This document shows, one piece after another, positions 15,288-25,898 of a DNA stretch of 32,000 nucleotides. The position numbers and the translations under genes were made by a program. The first letter of the stretch is position 1; every line of letters begins with the position of its first letter. Below the pieces are notes generated by a model that searched no databases, was not told where the DNA came from, and saw only the letters and a list, made by a program, of their open reading frames with translations. Source of the DNA: Demequinaceae bacterium (GTDB lineage: Bacteria > Actinomycetota > Actinomycetes > Actinomycetales > Demequinaceae); NCBI GenBank assembly GCA_965250005.1, contig OZ252279.1:300001-332000 (forward strand), in the 5' to 3' direction.

Positions 15288-18200
15288 AAGCCCGCTGGGG
15301 TCGTGCATGTTGACGGGGTCGGCGTTGGCGTACGCATACCGGTTGAGGCTGATGGGGTTGGCGGGGTTGCCGTGCCATGGGTCTGCCGATAGGAAGCGGG
15401 CTGTTGTTGGGTCATACCAGCGGGCCCGCAGCCAGATGAGCCCGGTGGTGGTGTCTACGGTCTCGCCGCGCCAGCCGACAGACACCGTGCTGGTGCCGGT
15501 GCGGGCGGTTAGTTGCCCGTCGACGGTCCACGTCCATGTGTCGGTGATGGTTCCGGTGGCGTCGGTGGCGGTGCGCACGTCACCACGCACGTCACTGTGC
15601 AAGTAGGCCGTGGTGCCGGGTGTCGTTGATCCAGTAGCGGTGTGTTGGGCGAGGATCATGCCGTCTGCATACACCCACCAGGTGCCGTCGGAGGCGCTGA
15701 CGGCCCGAGGTAGTCCGCTGACGGTGTCATACACGAAGTCCACAGCCACGCCGGTTTCGGTGCGGGTGGTGACGTTGCCATCGGTGTCGTAGGCGTAGTT
15801 GATGGTGCCGGCCGGGGTGGCTGCGGTGAGTAGTTCACCTTGCGATGACCACGCAAGTGTGGACGTGCCACCGGGGCCGGTGGCTGAGGTGAGCCTGCCC
15901 GCGTCGTCGTAGGTGAATGCGTTGCTGCCCTGAGACGTCAGCTGGTCTAGGTCGTTCACGGTGGACGCTACGACAGTGCCGTCCGTGGACGTTGACGCCC
16001 TGTTGCCCAGGCCATCCAACACGTAGTCGGTGGTCGAGGCCGTGCCGGTCGCATCCGAGACCACCTGCGTCAGACGGCCTGCTGCGTCATAGCCGAAGTC
16101 TCGTGATACGTCCGCTGCACCTACAACACCGGCGAACACGTCATCCAGGACAGTGATGCGGCCTGCTACGTCCCGTTGTGCGGTGTGGGAGGCCAACACC
16201 GTGCCGAGTGCATTGGTGACGGTGACGGACATGACCCTGCCCGCAGCATCCCGCGTGAAGGTTTCCGTGACGCCGTTCGGGTAGGTGACCGTACTGACTC
16301 GGCCCGCAGTGTCGCGTTCGATGACGTAAACGCCACCTTCAGGGTCGGTGACCTGGCTTATGCGTCCCAGCTCGTCCCGCACATATGTGGTGGTGCCTGC
16401 GGCAGTCGTCAAAGAGATCATGCGGCTGGCGGCGTCATACCCGTAGCCAACACTGCCCTCAGGCGAGGTCACCGATGTGAGACGACCCTGCGAGTCGTAC
16501 CCATAGGATGTCGTGCCGCGGTGATCTGTGACCGTTGCCCGGCGTCCTGCATCCGTATACGTGAATGTTGCGTCCGGGCGGTCCGCGTAATCGATGGCGG
16601 TCAACCGTCCTGACGCGTCATATGTGTAAGCGGTGAGTGTGCCGTCACCTAGCGTGCGTGACGTCAACCTGCCTGCTGCGTCAAACATCTGCGTCAGTTG
16701 GCTCTGGCCTGCAACCGAGTAGGTCAGCAGACGCCCTACCGCATCCAAGGTCCAGATGCGGGTACGACCCAGGGGGTCCACCACCGACACCCGCTGGCCG
16801 TTGCCGTCGTACGACACCTGCGCGGTGTTACCCAACGGGTCACTCGCGGACGCCATACGCCCGTCCGCGTCATACGTAAACGTGGTGACAGCGCCATCCG
16901 GGGCCGTCTGCGTCAACACCCGGCCTGCAGCGTCATACGTGTAAGAAGTAACCGTGCCATCCAGGCCCGTCACTGATGTTGCCCGCCCACGCGAGTCATA
17001 CGCATACGACACCGTGCCAGCCGTCGATGTCATCGACAGCACCTGACCGGCCGCATCAAACACCGTCGCGGTTGCCGTGCCATCCGCATACGTCGCACCG
17101 ACGGAGCGGCCCGCCGCGTCATACGTGTACGTGGTGGTCGCGCCCGTCGCGTTCGTCGCCGTCGCAACCCGGCCCGCAGCGTCATACGTGCGGCTCGACA
17201 CCGTCACGCCATCCACCTTCGAGTTCAACACTCGCCCGAGCGCATCGTATGCGGTGGTGCGCACCACACCGTCAGGGCTGGTCGAACTTGTCAGGCGACC
17301 CTCAGCGTCGTAGACGTAGGTGGACACGTCTGCCGTGGGGGACGTGCGGGACGTCATACGCCCCAACTCGTCATAAGCCATGGACGACGTTCCGCCCACC
17401 GCATCCACATACGAGGTGCGCTGACCTAGTGCGTCAAACCCGGACTGGCTGAGCGCACCCAAGGCATCCGTGGAGCCGGTGAGCAGGCCGCGACCGTCGT
17501 AGGTGCGCGCGGTCACTCCACCCTCGGCGTCCGTGACGGTGCTGATGCGACCATCCGCGTCGTATGTGTAGCTGGTGACCGAGCCGCCCGGGGATGTTGT
17601 GGATGTCCGGCGTCCCGTCGCGTCGTAGACGTTCGTGGTGGTGCGACCGGACTCGTCCGTCTCCGTCAAGGGGTTGCCAGCAGCGTCGTACGTGAACGTC
17701 ACCTGGGTGCCGTCCGCGTAGGTGACCGAGGTGGCGTTGCCGCGCGCGTCGTATGTGACTGCGGTGGTGCGACCCAGCGCGTCCGTGGCACTGATCAGGC
17801 GGTTGGATGCGTCGTAGGTCCACGTCTTGGTGTTGCCAAGCGGGTCCGTGACGGACGTGCGGTTTTGGCTTGCGTCATACGTGGCAGTCCATGTGTTGCC
17901 CAGACCGTCCGTGCGAGACGTGCGGTTGCCCAGTGCGTCGTTAGCGTACGCCTCGGTGGTGCCGTCCGCGAACACTTGGCCGATCAGGTAGCCGCCCGCG
18001 TCGAACGTCTGAACCGTCACGTTGCCCAGGCGGTCGGTGACCGTCTGGGTGCGCGCGTCCGGGTCCGCGTTGATTTCGATGCGGTTGCCCTGTGCGTCGA
18101 CGATCGCGACCAGGCGGCCGTCCTCGTCGTACTCGTTGCGGGCCGGGACGCGACCCAGCGGGTCGATGATTCCGGTCAGGTAGTGCTTCGAGTTGTACGC

Positions 18201-21200
18201 GTAGTTGGTGACGTAGCCCTCGGGGTCCGTGACCGCGACCAGGTCGCCAGCACCGTCGTAGCGGTACTGCGTCACTAGTCCGCCGGGAGTGGTCACCGAG
18301 GTGATCCTGCCTTGCGGGTCGCGGGCAAGTGCAATGCTCGCGCCGGCAGAAGACGTGATGCCCGAGTCGCTGATCGTGAGCGTGTTTCCGTTCGCGTCCG
18401 TGACACCAGTGAGGCCGTCCTCCAGCGAGAAGGTGAACTCCCTGCCGTCGGCCATGGTGACGCGGTAGCCCTCAGGCACGAAGGTTTCGAGGTTGTCGAG
18501 GGACAGTAGCCTGCCGTCGTTCTGGAACAGTTCGGTGGTGTCGAGCGGGGTGAGCGTGGCGCCCGTGGACGTCCGCTCGGTCCACTCGGCAGAAACATAC
18601 CGTCCATCGAATACGGGGTCGAGGAATCGTGGCGTGAAGTCAAAGACGATTGACTCGCTGGCGCCATCGAGAATGGTGACTGTGTGGGATGTGGCGGGCA
18701 GCAGCACCCAGTTGGGCAGGATCGTGCCCTGGTTCTCGCGGTCCCAGCCCACGCCCGGGGCGTAGTCGGTCTCCAGCATGAGCGTCTGCAGGCTCAGGTC
18801 CCAGCCGAATCCAAAGTCGCCCGGCCGGGTCGATGCGCCCGAGTTGTATGTGCGCTGAATGGTGATGGGCATTCCCGCCACCGGCACCACGGCGTCCGTG
18901 AACGTCATGGAGAACAGGCCGTACTTGGCTTCGTTGACCGAGGACACCACGTAGCCGATGGTCGAGATGAGGCCGCCCTGATCGAACACCTCCAGTTGGA
19001 GGTACCACTCGCCGCCCGCGAGGGCCGACGGGTCGAAGACGCCCAGTTCGCCGTCCACTACCGGGTCCGTCCCGCTGCCAATGATGATCGACGCGGAGCC
19101 TGCGGGAGACACGGGGGTCGCCGTGAGTTCCCAACGGAGCAGGTTTGCATCGTTTGCTGTACCCACCAGCGAGGTGGCTGTGCGTAGTTCTTCGCCCGTC
19201 TCGGGGCCGCCGAAGAACGCCTCGGGGGCCACGCCGTCAGCGACGCCGCCCACGATCATCCACGTCGATACGACCGCAGAGTTGAATGCGCCGTCCGTCG
19301 CGCTGACAACCATGGGGTACGCGCCTGCCTCGCCGGCGACAAACTCTGCGATACCAGCGGCAGAAATGTCGATCGGGATGCCGTCGACCGTCAAGAACAG
19401 CGACAAAATGCTTGAGGCATCTGAGGCGGACACGGGGAGCTGTACGAGCGTTCCCGGCTCCACGTATACCGAGCCAACGCTGATGGTGGGCGGGGCCAGG
19501 TCAATGCTGATGCCTACGGGCGCAACATAGACCGTGAAGAATTGGCGTGCCACGCCGCCGAGCCCGTCGTGCGCTTCGATGGTGACGGTGTGCGCGCCCG
19601 CGTCAGTTTCGCCTGGCGTCCACGTGACGGTGTTTGCGCCTTCAACGGCCATTCCCACGGGGCCCTCGGTGACGATCACGGTGACCGCGTCGCCGTCGGT
19701 GTCGGATGCGAGCACCGTATATTGCCATTCGCTGCCCACGATCAGGCTGACAGCTGGCATGCTGGCAATGGTGGGGGGGAAGTTTTCGGTGAGGTCGCCC
19801 AACTGCAAAATGAACGTCTGCGTCGCGAACCCGCCGCGACCGTCGGTGGCTTGGAGAGCAACCGGGTGTTCACCGGGCTGAGCTCCGGATGCATCCCAAA
19901 GCGCCTCGCCAGTGACGGCGTCGATCGTGAGGCCAGTTGGCCCTTCCTCGACGCTGTACGTGAGAACATCGGCGTCGCCGTCGATCGCGGCAAACGTGTA
20001 GGTCCAGGTCTCGCCCAGCCCAACAATGGTGTTCGGCGTGCTCGTGGCCTCAGGCGCAACGTTCGCACCGGAGTTCACGGACACGGTGACCACTTGATAG
20101 TCGATGCCGCCGCGCGCGTCCGACGCCACAAGCGTGAACGAATACTGCGCCGAGGTAACGCCCGCGGTGTTCCACGTGACGAGCCCAGTCGTGGCGTTGA
20201 TCGCGAGACCTGCGGGCGCGCCCTGAACTGCGAACGCCACCGTGTCACCGTCGAAGTCGACGGCCTGAGCCTGGTACGAGAACACTTCTCCCGCGAGCAC
20301 AAAATCGCCGGTGGCGCTCGTAATGTGTGGGGCCTCGTTGGTGTCCGAAGACGCGATGATGAGAACGAATTCCTGCAAGTCGAAGTGGAGGTTCGAGTCA
20401 ATCGCGCGGACCACAACGAAGGCCTCGCCAGATTGGAACGCCGACGGTGTCCACACGATCTCGCCAGTAACCGAATCGATGGTCATGCCCACCGGCCGGA
20501 CCGCAAGCGAGAACTCCACCGGCAGACCATCAGGCGAAGGTGCCTGCACCTGGTACCGGTACTCGCCGTTCACCGTTGCGCGCGTGGGTGCGTCGCTCAC
20601 GATGGAGGGCGGAAGCTGCGGGTTGAGGCTCGGGCCGACGGTCAGCGTGAACGTCTGCACATCGATGGCGCCCGCAATGTCCTCAACCTGAACGGTGACC
20701 AGGTGATCGCCCACCCCTTCATCGCCGGTCTTCCAGACAATCTGGCCGGTCACGCCATTGATCCACATTCCGGTGGGCGAATCGAGAAGCGTGTAGTGGA
20801 TACTGTCGCCGCGGTCGGCATCGGTCGCCACCACCGGGTACTCGTAGAGCGTGCGCGCCTCAACGGCTTGAACTGCCGCGCTCGAAATTGTGGGCGCCGT
20901 GTTCGCCCCGTGGAGCTTGAGCAAGTAAATCTGCGAGTCCGCCAGCCCAAACGGGTCCTCTGCGGTGACCGTGACCGCCTGCGCGGCGGCCCAGTCGTTC
21001 GAGTTGTCGCACTGCGTCATCCCGGCAGGCTCGCGAAGAACCGCCTTGACCACTTTGCCTTCGACGTCGGCTGCGTTGACTCCCACGAGGTGCGCAACGT
21101 GCGAGCTTCCGCGCACCAGTTCGGGCACAGCAACCTCGCCCAAACTGACCTCGACGCCCGCGGCATCGACCGCGAAGAACTCAACGGAGCTCTGTCCGGG

Positions 21201-23786
21201 GTAGTCCGCGAGTCCGCGGCTCTCAACGGTGACGTTGAGCGTGTGATACGTGGGGCCGCCCGTCAGCGAGAGCCCACCCAGTGAGATGTCCGAAAGTCCG
21301 TACGCGGTGCGATCAGGTTGGCTGTTGAGACGGAACGTGTTGTGCGTCTGCCAGCTGGGTTCAGGGTGGGCGGGGATGGTCCCGTCGTCGTTGACGTTTC
21401 CGATCGAGTACGCATGCTGATTCCAGATGGAGCGCGTAGGCATCCACGACAAATCAGCCGACTGGTACATGCGGACGCCGCCCACGCTCAAACGCGTCTG
21501 AGTCGCGGGCACAATGATGTTCGCGAGCCCGTCGCCGGTCGAGTCAACAACGATGGGGAACTCGTGCGCCGTGCCCGATCGGTTGGAGAAAGTGGCCTCC
21601 GGAACGCCAGTAGGGCCATCAAGCACGTACAAGTGGTACTCATCCGCAAACACCACCGACGCCCGTCCGTCGCCGTCGAAATCGAATACCGAAGACCCGG
21701 TCACGGCAGACGAATAGTCCTGGATAATCTGCGACCACACCACATCCCCGTTGCGGTCGAACGTGGCGTACCGAGATTCTCCGGCGATGCCGATGTCAAT
21801 GTGGCCGTCGCCGTCAAAGTCGGCCACGGTGGGCGGGCCACCTACCCTGCTCGATGCGCCCGGGTGCTCAACAGGCCCCCAGATGACATTCATCTCGTGG
21901 TCGACCAGAAAGATCCCGCTCGAGCCGCCCGTGCCGTTGACGACTATCTCCGGGTCACCGTCACCGTCAAAGTCACCAATCGCATTAAATGCAAACTCTG
22001 GCAAGTCCGGATTGGTGCTCTCTATTTGGCCGTCATGGGTGTAGACGGTTCGGCCCGCGATGACCTCCTGGAATCCGTCTTGGTCGAGGTCAGCGACAAT
22101 CGATCCGACTCCGCCAGCCGAGTGTCCACCCGTGGTGTCCGCGCCTATCCACAGCAGGTTGCCAGCACCATCGAACACGCGGTTTCCGTGCACCACCTCG
22201 ACGTCGCCATCGGCGTCAAGGTCAGCAAGAGAAACCCAGTCCCACGCGTTGCGCAGGGGCAAATGGGGGCTGACCGGCCCCGTCGGGGCGATCCATTTCA
22301 GGGCGCCCGTGTGGTCGAATGCAACCAACTCCGTGCGATCGTGCGCGCCAACATAGACGATGTCGAGTCGGCCGTCGCCGTCGATGTCTCCCACTGCCGG
22401 CGACGAGAATCCGGAAACCCTGCGCCGGGAACTGATCCACAGCGTTGCGCCAGTCTCCCCATTGACTGCAACTACGTACGCACCATCCGACCAGGTGCGG
22501 AGGAACGCCGCGAACACAACCGTGGGCGGATCAAGTTCATCCACTACACCGTCGCCATTAATGTCAACGATCCTGGCGACCACGGGAGTACCCATGACAG
22601 TGCTCGACAGCCCATTGATTGGGCTTCTCCAATGCCAGCCAAGCTCCATGTTGAGCTCGGAGACACTCCTGTCGAAGGATTTGCAAGCAGGGTCGGGTCC
22701 GCCAACAGCCTCGAGCCATGCTGAGGAATGGGGCAGTCCCGACACCAGGCCAGTTGCCGGGTCGACGGTCAAGCCGGGTTCTGTCGTAGCGAGCGTGTAG
22801 GCGAGCGCGTCCCCGTCCGGGTCGACGGCAGCGACCGCGTAATCGTATGGGTCGCCCAACTGTCCTGAGAGTGAGGGCGTCGAGGTGATGACGGGCGCGT
22901 CGTTGGGACGCGCGACATCGATACTTACGGTTGCCAACTGCGAATCGTCAGAGCCGTCATTCACTGTGAATTCGAAGCTATCTGGCCCAATGTAGTCGGC
23001 GTCTGATACGTAGGTAAGTTGCGGAGCGGTGCCCCAGAGGGCGCCATTCGCCGGCTGGCTCGCGAGGTCAAACGTGATGGCGTCGCCGTCTGCGTCGCTA
23101 CCTTCGAGCACGATCAAAATTGGGGTTTCGTTGTCCGTGTCGAGAGCCTGAGCCTCAGCAAGCGGCAGTTGGTTCGTTTCTGGTTCGATGTAACACTGGG
23201 TGTCACCCACGTATTCGAAACTAATCCAGCCCTTGCCGGAAAGCTTGTAGCTGAGTAGCTTGATTCGCGCGAAACCATCGACGCTGTAGTCAAGCTCGTC
23301 GCCCTCGCCGCGTAGTTCGCTCCACGTTGGCACCGCGATCTCTGCGCCAATCAGAGCGTCCAAGTTGGCGCGGACTCCAGAACTGTTCTTGACACCAGGC
23401 AGTCCCTGCACCCAGTCGCCCAAGTCAAGCTGCGAGTCTGCCGGGTCCTCTGGGTTCACGTAACCAGCGGCGCCGCCGTCAGCGGCGATCGCGGCGGCAA
23501 ACACGTCGGCGTCGTTCACGCCTGCCCAACTCAAGAACGAAAAGTTGCCCGTACCATTACCAAGCGGCACACGCAAAAAGTTGATGCCCACCTCGGCTTC
23601 CGCGAGTACCTCTGTAGAGAGCGCAAGCGGATAGAGCTGGCAATCCGGAGCCGGCGCAGGGGTCTCGGAGCTGAACTGAGCGGCAGGCACGGGCGCAACA
23701 ACGGCCTCGAACGCAGAAGCTGGCTGAGCCATGGATGCAGAAAGCGCGACAACGACGGCGCCAACAATCAGACTTCTAACACGCAC
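14640..23786 (-). CDS. Secreted Rhs/YD-repeat polymorphic toxin (3048 aa) with FG-GAP propeller and Ig-like domain array
   Basis: GTG start with a GAGGGGGA Shine-Dalgarno sequence. The signal peptide is [25 protein letters not shown]|FE. There are many YD repeats (xYxYDxxGRLxxxTD), then the core end [47 protein letters not shown], followed by a variable 215-aa tip. Confidence 0.95.
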   Translation of the reverse strand: MRVRSLIVGAVVVALSASMAQPASAFEAVVAPVPAAQFSSETPAPAPDCQLYPLALSTEVLAEAEVGINFLRVPLGNGTGNFSFLSWAGVNDADVFAAAIAADGGAAGYVNPEDPADSQLDLGDWVQGLPGVKNSSGVRANLDALIGAEIAVPTWSELRGEGDELDYSVDGFARIKLLSYKLSGKGWISFEYVGDTQCYIEPETNQLPLAEAQALDTDNETPILIVLEGSDADGDAITFDLASQPANGALWGTAPQLTYVSDADYIGPDSFEFTVNDGSDDSQLATVSIDVARPNDAPVITSTPSLSGQLGDPYDYAVAAVDPDGDALAYTLATTEPGLTVDPATGLVSGLPHSSAWLEAVGGPDPACKSFDRSVSELNMELGWHWRSPINGLSSTVMGTPVVARIVDINGDGVVDELDPPTVVFAAFLRTWSDGAYVVAVNGETGATLWISSRRRVSGFSSPAVGDIDGDGRLDIVYVGAHDRTELVAFDHTGALKWIAPTGPVSPHLPLRNAWDWVSLADLDADGDVEVVHGNRVFDGAGNLLWIGADTTGGHSAGGVGSIVADLDQDGFQEVIAGRTVYTHDGQIESTNPDLPEFAFNAIGDFDGDGDPEIVVNGTGGSSGIFLVDHEMNVIWGPVEHPGASSRVGGPPTVADFDGDGHIDIGIAGESRYATFDRNGDVVWSQIIQDYSSAVTGSSVFDFDGDGRASVVFADEYHLYVLDGPTGVPEATFSNRSGTAHEFPIVVDSTGDGLANIIVPATQTRLSVGGVRMYQSADLSWMPTRSIWNQHAYSIGNVNDDGTIPAHPEPSWQTHNTFRLNSQPDRTAYGLSDISLGGLSLTGGPTYHTLNVTVESRGLADYPGQSSVEFFAVDAAGVEVSLGEVAVPELVRGSSHVAHLVGVNAADVEGKVVKAVLREPAGMTQCDNSNDWAAAQAVTVTAEDPFGLADSQIYLLKLHGANTAPTISSAAVQAVEARTLYEYPVVATDADRGDSIHYTLLDSPTGMWINGVTGQIVWKTGDEGVGDHLVTVQVEDIAGAIDVQTFTLTVGPSLNPQLPPSIVSDAPTRATVNGEYRYQVQAPSPDGLPVEFSLAVRPVGMTIDSVTGEIVWTPSAFQSGEAFVVVRAIDSNLHFDLQEFVLIIASSDTNEAPHITSATGDFVLAGEVFSYQAQAVDFDGDTVAFAVQGAPAGLAINATTGLVTWNTAGVTSAQYSFTLVASDARGGIDYQVVTVSVNSGANVAPEATSTPNTIVGLGETWTYTFAAIDGDADVLTYSVEEGPTGLTIDAVTGEALWDASGAQPGEHPVALQATDGRGGFATQTFILQLGDLTENFPPTIASMPAVSLIVGSEWQYTVLASDTDGDAVTVIVTEGPVGMAVEGANTVTWTPGETDAGAHTVTIEAHDGLGGVARQFFTVYVAPVGISIDLAPPTISVGSVYVEPGTLVQLPVSASDASSILSLFLTVDGIPIDISAAGIAEFVAGEAGAYPMVVSATDGAFNSAVVSTWMIVGGVADGVAPEAFFGGPETGEELRTATSLVGTANDANLLRWELTATPVSPAGSASIIIGSGTDPVVDGELGVFDPSALAGGEWYLQLEVFDQGGLISTIGYVVSSVNEAKYGLFSMTFTDAVVPVAGMPITIQRTYNSGASTRPGDFGFGWDLSLQTLMLETDYAPGVGWDRENQGTILPNWVLLPATSHTVTILDGASESIVFDFTPRFLDPVFDGRYVSAEWTERTSTGATLTPLDTTELFQNDGRLLSLDNLETFVPEGYRVTMADGREFTFSLEDGLTGVTDANGNTLTISDSGITSSAGASIALARDPQGRITSVTTPGGLVTQYRYDGAGDLVAVTDPEGYVTNYAYNSKHYLTGIIDPLGRVPARNEYDEDGRLVAIVDAQGNRIEINADPDARTQTVTDRLGNVTVQTFDAGGYLIGQVFADGTTEAYANDALGNRTSRTDGLGNTWTATYDASQNRTSVTDPLGNTKTWTYDASNRLISATDALGRTTAVTYDARGNATSVTYADGTQVTFTYDAAGNPLTETDESGRTTTNVYDATGRRTSTTSPGGSVTSYTYDADGRISTVTDAEGGVTARTYDGRGLLTGSTDALGALSQSGFDALGQRTSYVDAVGGTSSMAYDELGRMTSRTSPTADVSTYVYDAEGRLTSSTSPDGVVRTTAYDALGRVLNSKVDGVTVSSRTYDAAGRVATATNATGATTTYTYDAAGRSVGATYADGTATATVFDAAGQVLSMTSTAGTVSYAYDSRGRATSVTGLDGTVTSYTYDAAGRVLTQTAPDGAVTTFTYDADGRMASASDPLGNTAQVSYDGNGQRVSVVDPLGRTRIWTLDAVGRLLTYSVAGQSQLTQMFDAAGRLTSRTLGDGTLTAYTYDASGRLTAIDYADRPDATFTYTDAGRRATVTDHRGTTSYGYDSQGRLTSVTSPEGSVGYGYDAASRMISLTTAAGTTTYVRDELGRISQVTDPEGGVYVIERDTAGRVSTVTYPNGVTETFTRDAAGRVMSVTVTNALGTVLASHTAQRDVAGRITVLDDVFAGVVGAADVSRDFGYDAAGRLTQVVSDATGTASTTDYVLDGLGNRASTSTDGTVVASTVNDLDQLTSQGSNAFTYDDAGRLTSATGPGGTSTLAWSSQGELLTAATPAGTINYAYDTDGNVTTRTETGVAVDFVYDTVSGLPRAVSASDGTWWVYADGMILAQHTATGSTTPGTTAYLHSDVRGDVRTATDATGTITDTWTWTVDGQLTARTGTSTVSVGWRGETVDTTTGLIWLRARWYDPTTARFLSADPWHGNPANPISLNRYAYANADPVNMHDPSGLEATTLTETSEALYVNSVLMSIEIGGYTRGLAVIAQARNLVALAAAAWSSYVVFGIDDPAVGEGVDGTDKPGPRLPTVFEYHSEDNTSGVQPQTDGAGARKPPPPCTPNGSGGAGPDLTGATLWSGDFPVSGRAPNEILFKTDDGSMTRVPGTPKSYAVYDDLGRLIKRVDLLGRTHDNVPTPHIQYWVWDRAPSGVEYPRELKSADPAGPSDIPC
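15288..18869 (-). other. Rhs YD-repeat shell through the DPxGL core terminus (about aa 1640-2833)
   Basis: The region starts near [11 protein letters not shown] and continues with dense YD repeats. It ends at DPSGL, with Leu at 15288-15290. Confidence 0.8.
15318..17439. repeat. 2.12-kb direct repeat, copy B (inside the main rhs gene)
   Basis: See copy A. Homology ends at SQSG|FDALGQ on one side and at YANA|D on the other. Confidence 0.95.
19251..20909 (-). other. Array of about 6-7 tandem Ig-like (He_PIG/dystroglycan-cadherin-like) domains (about aa 960-1512)
   Basis: A ~95-aa unit recurs: N(x)AP(x)I(x)S...Y(x)Y...A(x)D(x)DGD...(x)TGL(x)ID(x)(x)TG(x)(x)(x)W. Examples are NTAPTISS.., NEAPHITS.., NVAPEATS.. 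and NFPPTIAS.. Confidence 0.7.
21387..22589 (-). other. FG-GAP/VCBS-type beta-propeller region (about aa 400-800)
   Basis: There are seven Ca-binding-like DxDxDG blades: [70 protein letters not shown] and [12 protein letters not shown]. Confidence 0.75.
22731..23144 (-). other. Cadherin-like and first putative-Ig (He_PIG-like) domains (about aa 215-352)
   Basis: [20 protein letters not shown]...[24 protein letters not shown]...[10 protein letters not shown]...[19 protein letters not shown]...[13 protein letters not shown]. Confidence 0.6.
23712..23786 (-). other. Sec signal peptide of Rhs (aa 1-25)
   Basis: n-region MRVR, a hydrophobic core and an ASA|F cleavage motif. Confidence 0.7.
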
Positions 23787-23923
23787 GGGATCCCCCTCGG
23801 GATAACTCGCCCAGCCAACCGTGGCCGCTATTGGTTGGCAAACGTATAGCCCTCACCAGCCACCCGCAAGCGGAACGGAACATTGGCGGTGGATTCTTGG
23901 GACGAACGAGCCAATTCGGGCGG

Positions 23924-24270
23924 CTAAACGTCCATTGCGACGATGGTCGCACCATTGACGGGGCCCTCAACACACAGCACCGCGTCCGCGGTTCCGGCTG
24001 CCGAAATCCCCGCAGCGACCCCGAGTGCGTGCTGCCGCGAACGCGCCAGCGCCGCCACCGTGGGCCCAGAACCCGAGACGATCGCCCCAAGCGCACCCGC
24101 GCTCAACGCGGAGTCAAGCGTCGCCGACAGATACGGGGCCAACGCGAGCGCCGAATCCTGCAAATCGTTGTGGAGCCGCTCCCCCACGCCAGCAGCGTCC
24201 CCTGCGCGAAGCGCCACCATAAGCTCCTCATCGATACGCGGCTGCACACCCAGGCGATCGCCATCGCCGG
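23924..24270 (-). pseudogene. ispE: ispE (4-diphosphocytidyl-2-C-methyl-D-erythritol kinase) C-terminal fragment, 5'-truncated
   Basis: The sequence ..[77 protein letters not shown]...[11 protein letters not shown] matches the GHMP-kinase motif 3 region and the tail of actinobacterial IspE as I remember it. The N-terminal ~60% of the protein is absent. Confidence 0.8.
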
Positions 24271-24588
24271 GGCCACGCCGCTGCGCCCGCTGTGGGTGTC
24301 CACCGGCGTCAAGGACGCACGCTACCCGGACACCATGTACGTGGACCAACTCATCACAGATGCGTGGTCAACACGCTCCACGAGGCCACGATCAACGCCT
24401 TCGGCGACCACGGCGAGACCCCGCGCAACACCATTCGCGGCACGTATGACGACACACGTGCGGTGCTCTCGGAAGCTCGCGTAGGCCTCGACGACGTCAC
24501 CCAACTGCTCGAGGAGGTGGGCGTGCAAAAGTTCGCCGACGCCTGGGCCGAACTGCTGGGGAAGATCGAGGGGTCGCTCGCCCGCTAG
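24269..24588 (+). pseudogene. tal: Transaldolase C-terminal fragment, 5'-truncated and frameshifted
   Basis: [32 protein letters not shown] is read in one frame. [18 protein letters not shown]...LLEEVGVQKFADAWAELLGKIEGSLAR continues in the -1 frame, consistent with a 1-nt loss near 24362-24364. The pattern matches the QRPLWASTGVK...VNTMPE...EGVxKFxxSWxELL C-terminus of actinobacterial Tal. Confidence 0.85.
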
Positions 24589-24637
24589 GTGCAGCTCGCC
24601 CGCTTGTGGCACCTCGCTGAGCGGATACGCTGACGCC

Positions 24638-25036
24638 ATGAGCGGCATCACTGACCTAGATGCATTGATCGCGTCGATGGGGCCGTCGCTCGACCCTGCT
24701 GTGTATGTCTGGGCAAGCGTGCCGGGCTCCGACCATCCTGCGACCGCCGACGCCGTTGCGACCGTCCGCGAGGACGAGGGCCTCACGCTTGTGCTTGAGC
24801 AGTCGCGGGCGGACCAGCGCGGCCTTGCCTATGAATTCCCGAGCGCCCGCGTCACGCTCCAGGTGCGCTCCGCTCTCGAGGCTGTCGGCCTCACAGCAGT
24901 GTTTTCCCGCGCGCTGGGCGACGCGGGGATCAGCGCCAACGTGGTCGCGGGCTTCCACCATGACCACATATTTGTACCCGTAGGCTGCGCCGACGACGCG
25001 ATGGCCACCCTGCGCGCGTTAGCCGCAGGCCAGTAA
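24638..25036 (+). CDS. ACT-domain-containing protein (small regulatory-fold protein)
   Basis: 132 aa. The GLTLVLEQ...VTLQVRSALEAVGLTAVFSRALGDAGISANVVAGFHHDHIFVP layout resembles ACT_7-type proteins. This is from recollection and is not verified. Confidence 0.55.
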   Translation: MSGITDLDALIASMGPSLDPAVYVWASVPGSDHPATADAVATVREDEGLTLVLEQSRADQRGLAYEFPSARVTLQVRSALEAVGLTAVFSRALGDAGISANVVAGFHHDHIFVPVGCADDAMATLRALAAGQ

Positions 25037-25099
25037 GCGCAGCGTGCCTCTTTGCGCGCGCCTCGCTCGCCCCCGAGGCTGATCTACCGGGTGTCGAAC

Positions 25100-25747
25100 C
25101 TAGAATCCGCCGCATAGGTGCGACCACTGGCCACCTGCGCTAGGGCCCCACTGCAGTAGGTCCACGGTCGAAGATCCGCCGGAGAAGCCGAACACGTATT
25201 TCGACGAACTGTCCGGGTCCGCGACGGTGACCGTCGCGATGAGGCCAGCCCCGAGATCTTCGACCGAGCCCACGACGGCGCTCGGATACGCGGCGAGCAA
25301 TTCCGCCTGGGTTGAGCCGATGCCAACGCCCTCGGCGTTCACGGGCCACGGCCCGGTTGCGGGGCCGAGGAATCGGTTGGTGTAGAAGAACGTCACACCC
25401 GTGCCCGGGTTCATGGCGTTGGTGAACGCGTAGGTGGTAGCGATCTCGGAGTTCCAGATCGGCCCGTAGTGTGGGCACGCCTCGATCCCGGCGACGGGGT
25501 AGTGCAGCTGAGCGCTCATCTGGGAGAACGTCGAGCCGATATGCGCCTGCTCAAAGAACGTGAAGCCGTAGTCCGGGGCCGCGGGCGCGGGGATCGGTGC
25601 GGCCGTGACGGTGACGGTGGCCGTAACTGTGACCGCCGGGGCGGGCGCGGCGCTTGCGGATGGCTCCTCACTCGGAGGGTCGCACGCGGCGAGCGCGAGC
25701 GTTGCTGCGGCGAGCGTCATGGCCGCGAAAACGGTGCGAGTGGTCAA
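25100..25747 (-). CDS. Putative lipoprotein, unknown function
   Basis: MTTRTVFAAMTLAAATLALAACDPPS has a LAAC lipobox and is followed by a Pro/Ala-rich linker. Confidence 0.7.
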   Translation of the reverse strand: MTTRTVFAAMTLAAATLALAACDPPSEEPSASAAPAPAVTVTATVTVTAAPIPAPAAPDYGFTFFEQAHIGSTFSQMSAQLHYPVAGIEACPHYGPIWNSEIATTYAFTNAMNPGTGVTFFYTNRFLGPATGPWPVNAEGVGIGSTQAELLAAYPSAVVGSVEDLGAGLIATVTVADPDSSSKYVFGFSGGSSTVDLLQWGPSAGGQWSHLCGGF

Positions 25748-25898
25748 GATGATCTCCCATGAGTGTTCCGGTCACCGAGGTCCGTCCCACAATCCTCCCC
25801 GGTGCCACGACTGTCCCACCACCGAGGCCCCGTGTCAAAAGCTACGGTGGGCGGCGAGGCCGTTTCACCCCGCGTCGAACACATGTTCGAATGATGGC

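Noticed and set aside
19542-22724. Two very long plus-strand ORFs (580 aa at 19542-21284 and 468 aa at 21318-22724) inside the rhs gene region
   Set aside because: They are antisense to a gene with unmistakable domain content. Their translations are Arg/His/Gly-rich low-complexity sequence, typical of shadow ORFs in high-GC DNA.
23831-24484. 217-aa plus-strand ORF covering the ispE/tal junction
   Set aside because: It is a composite. Its first two-thirds are antisense to the ispE remnant and are Arg-rich. Only residues around ..[16 protein letters not shown].. are real transaldolase sequence, and homology then shifts frame. It is better described as two pseudogene fragments.
25605-25898. 98-codon N-terminal extension of the radical SAM ORF
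   Set aside because: It overlaps the opposite-strand lipoprotein gene and encodes low-complexity Ala/Val/Ser sequence. The family-typical N-terminus begins at ATG 25899.
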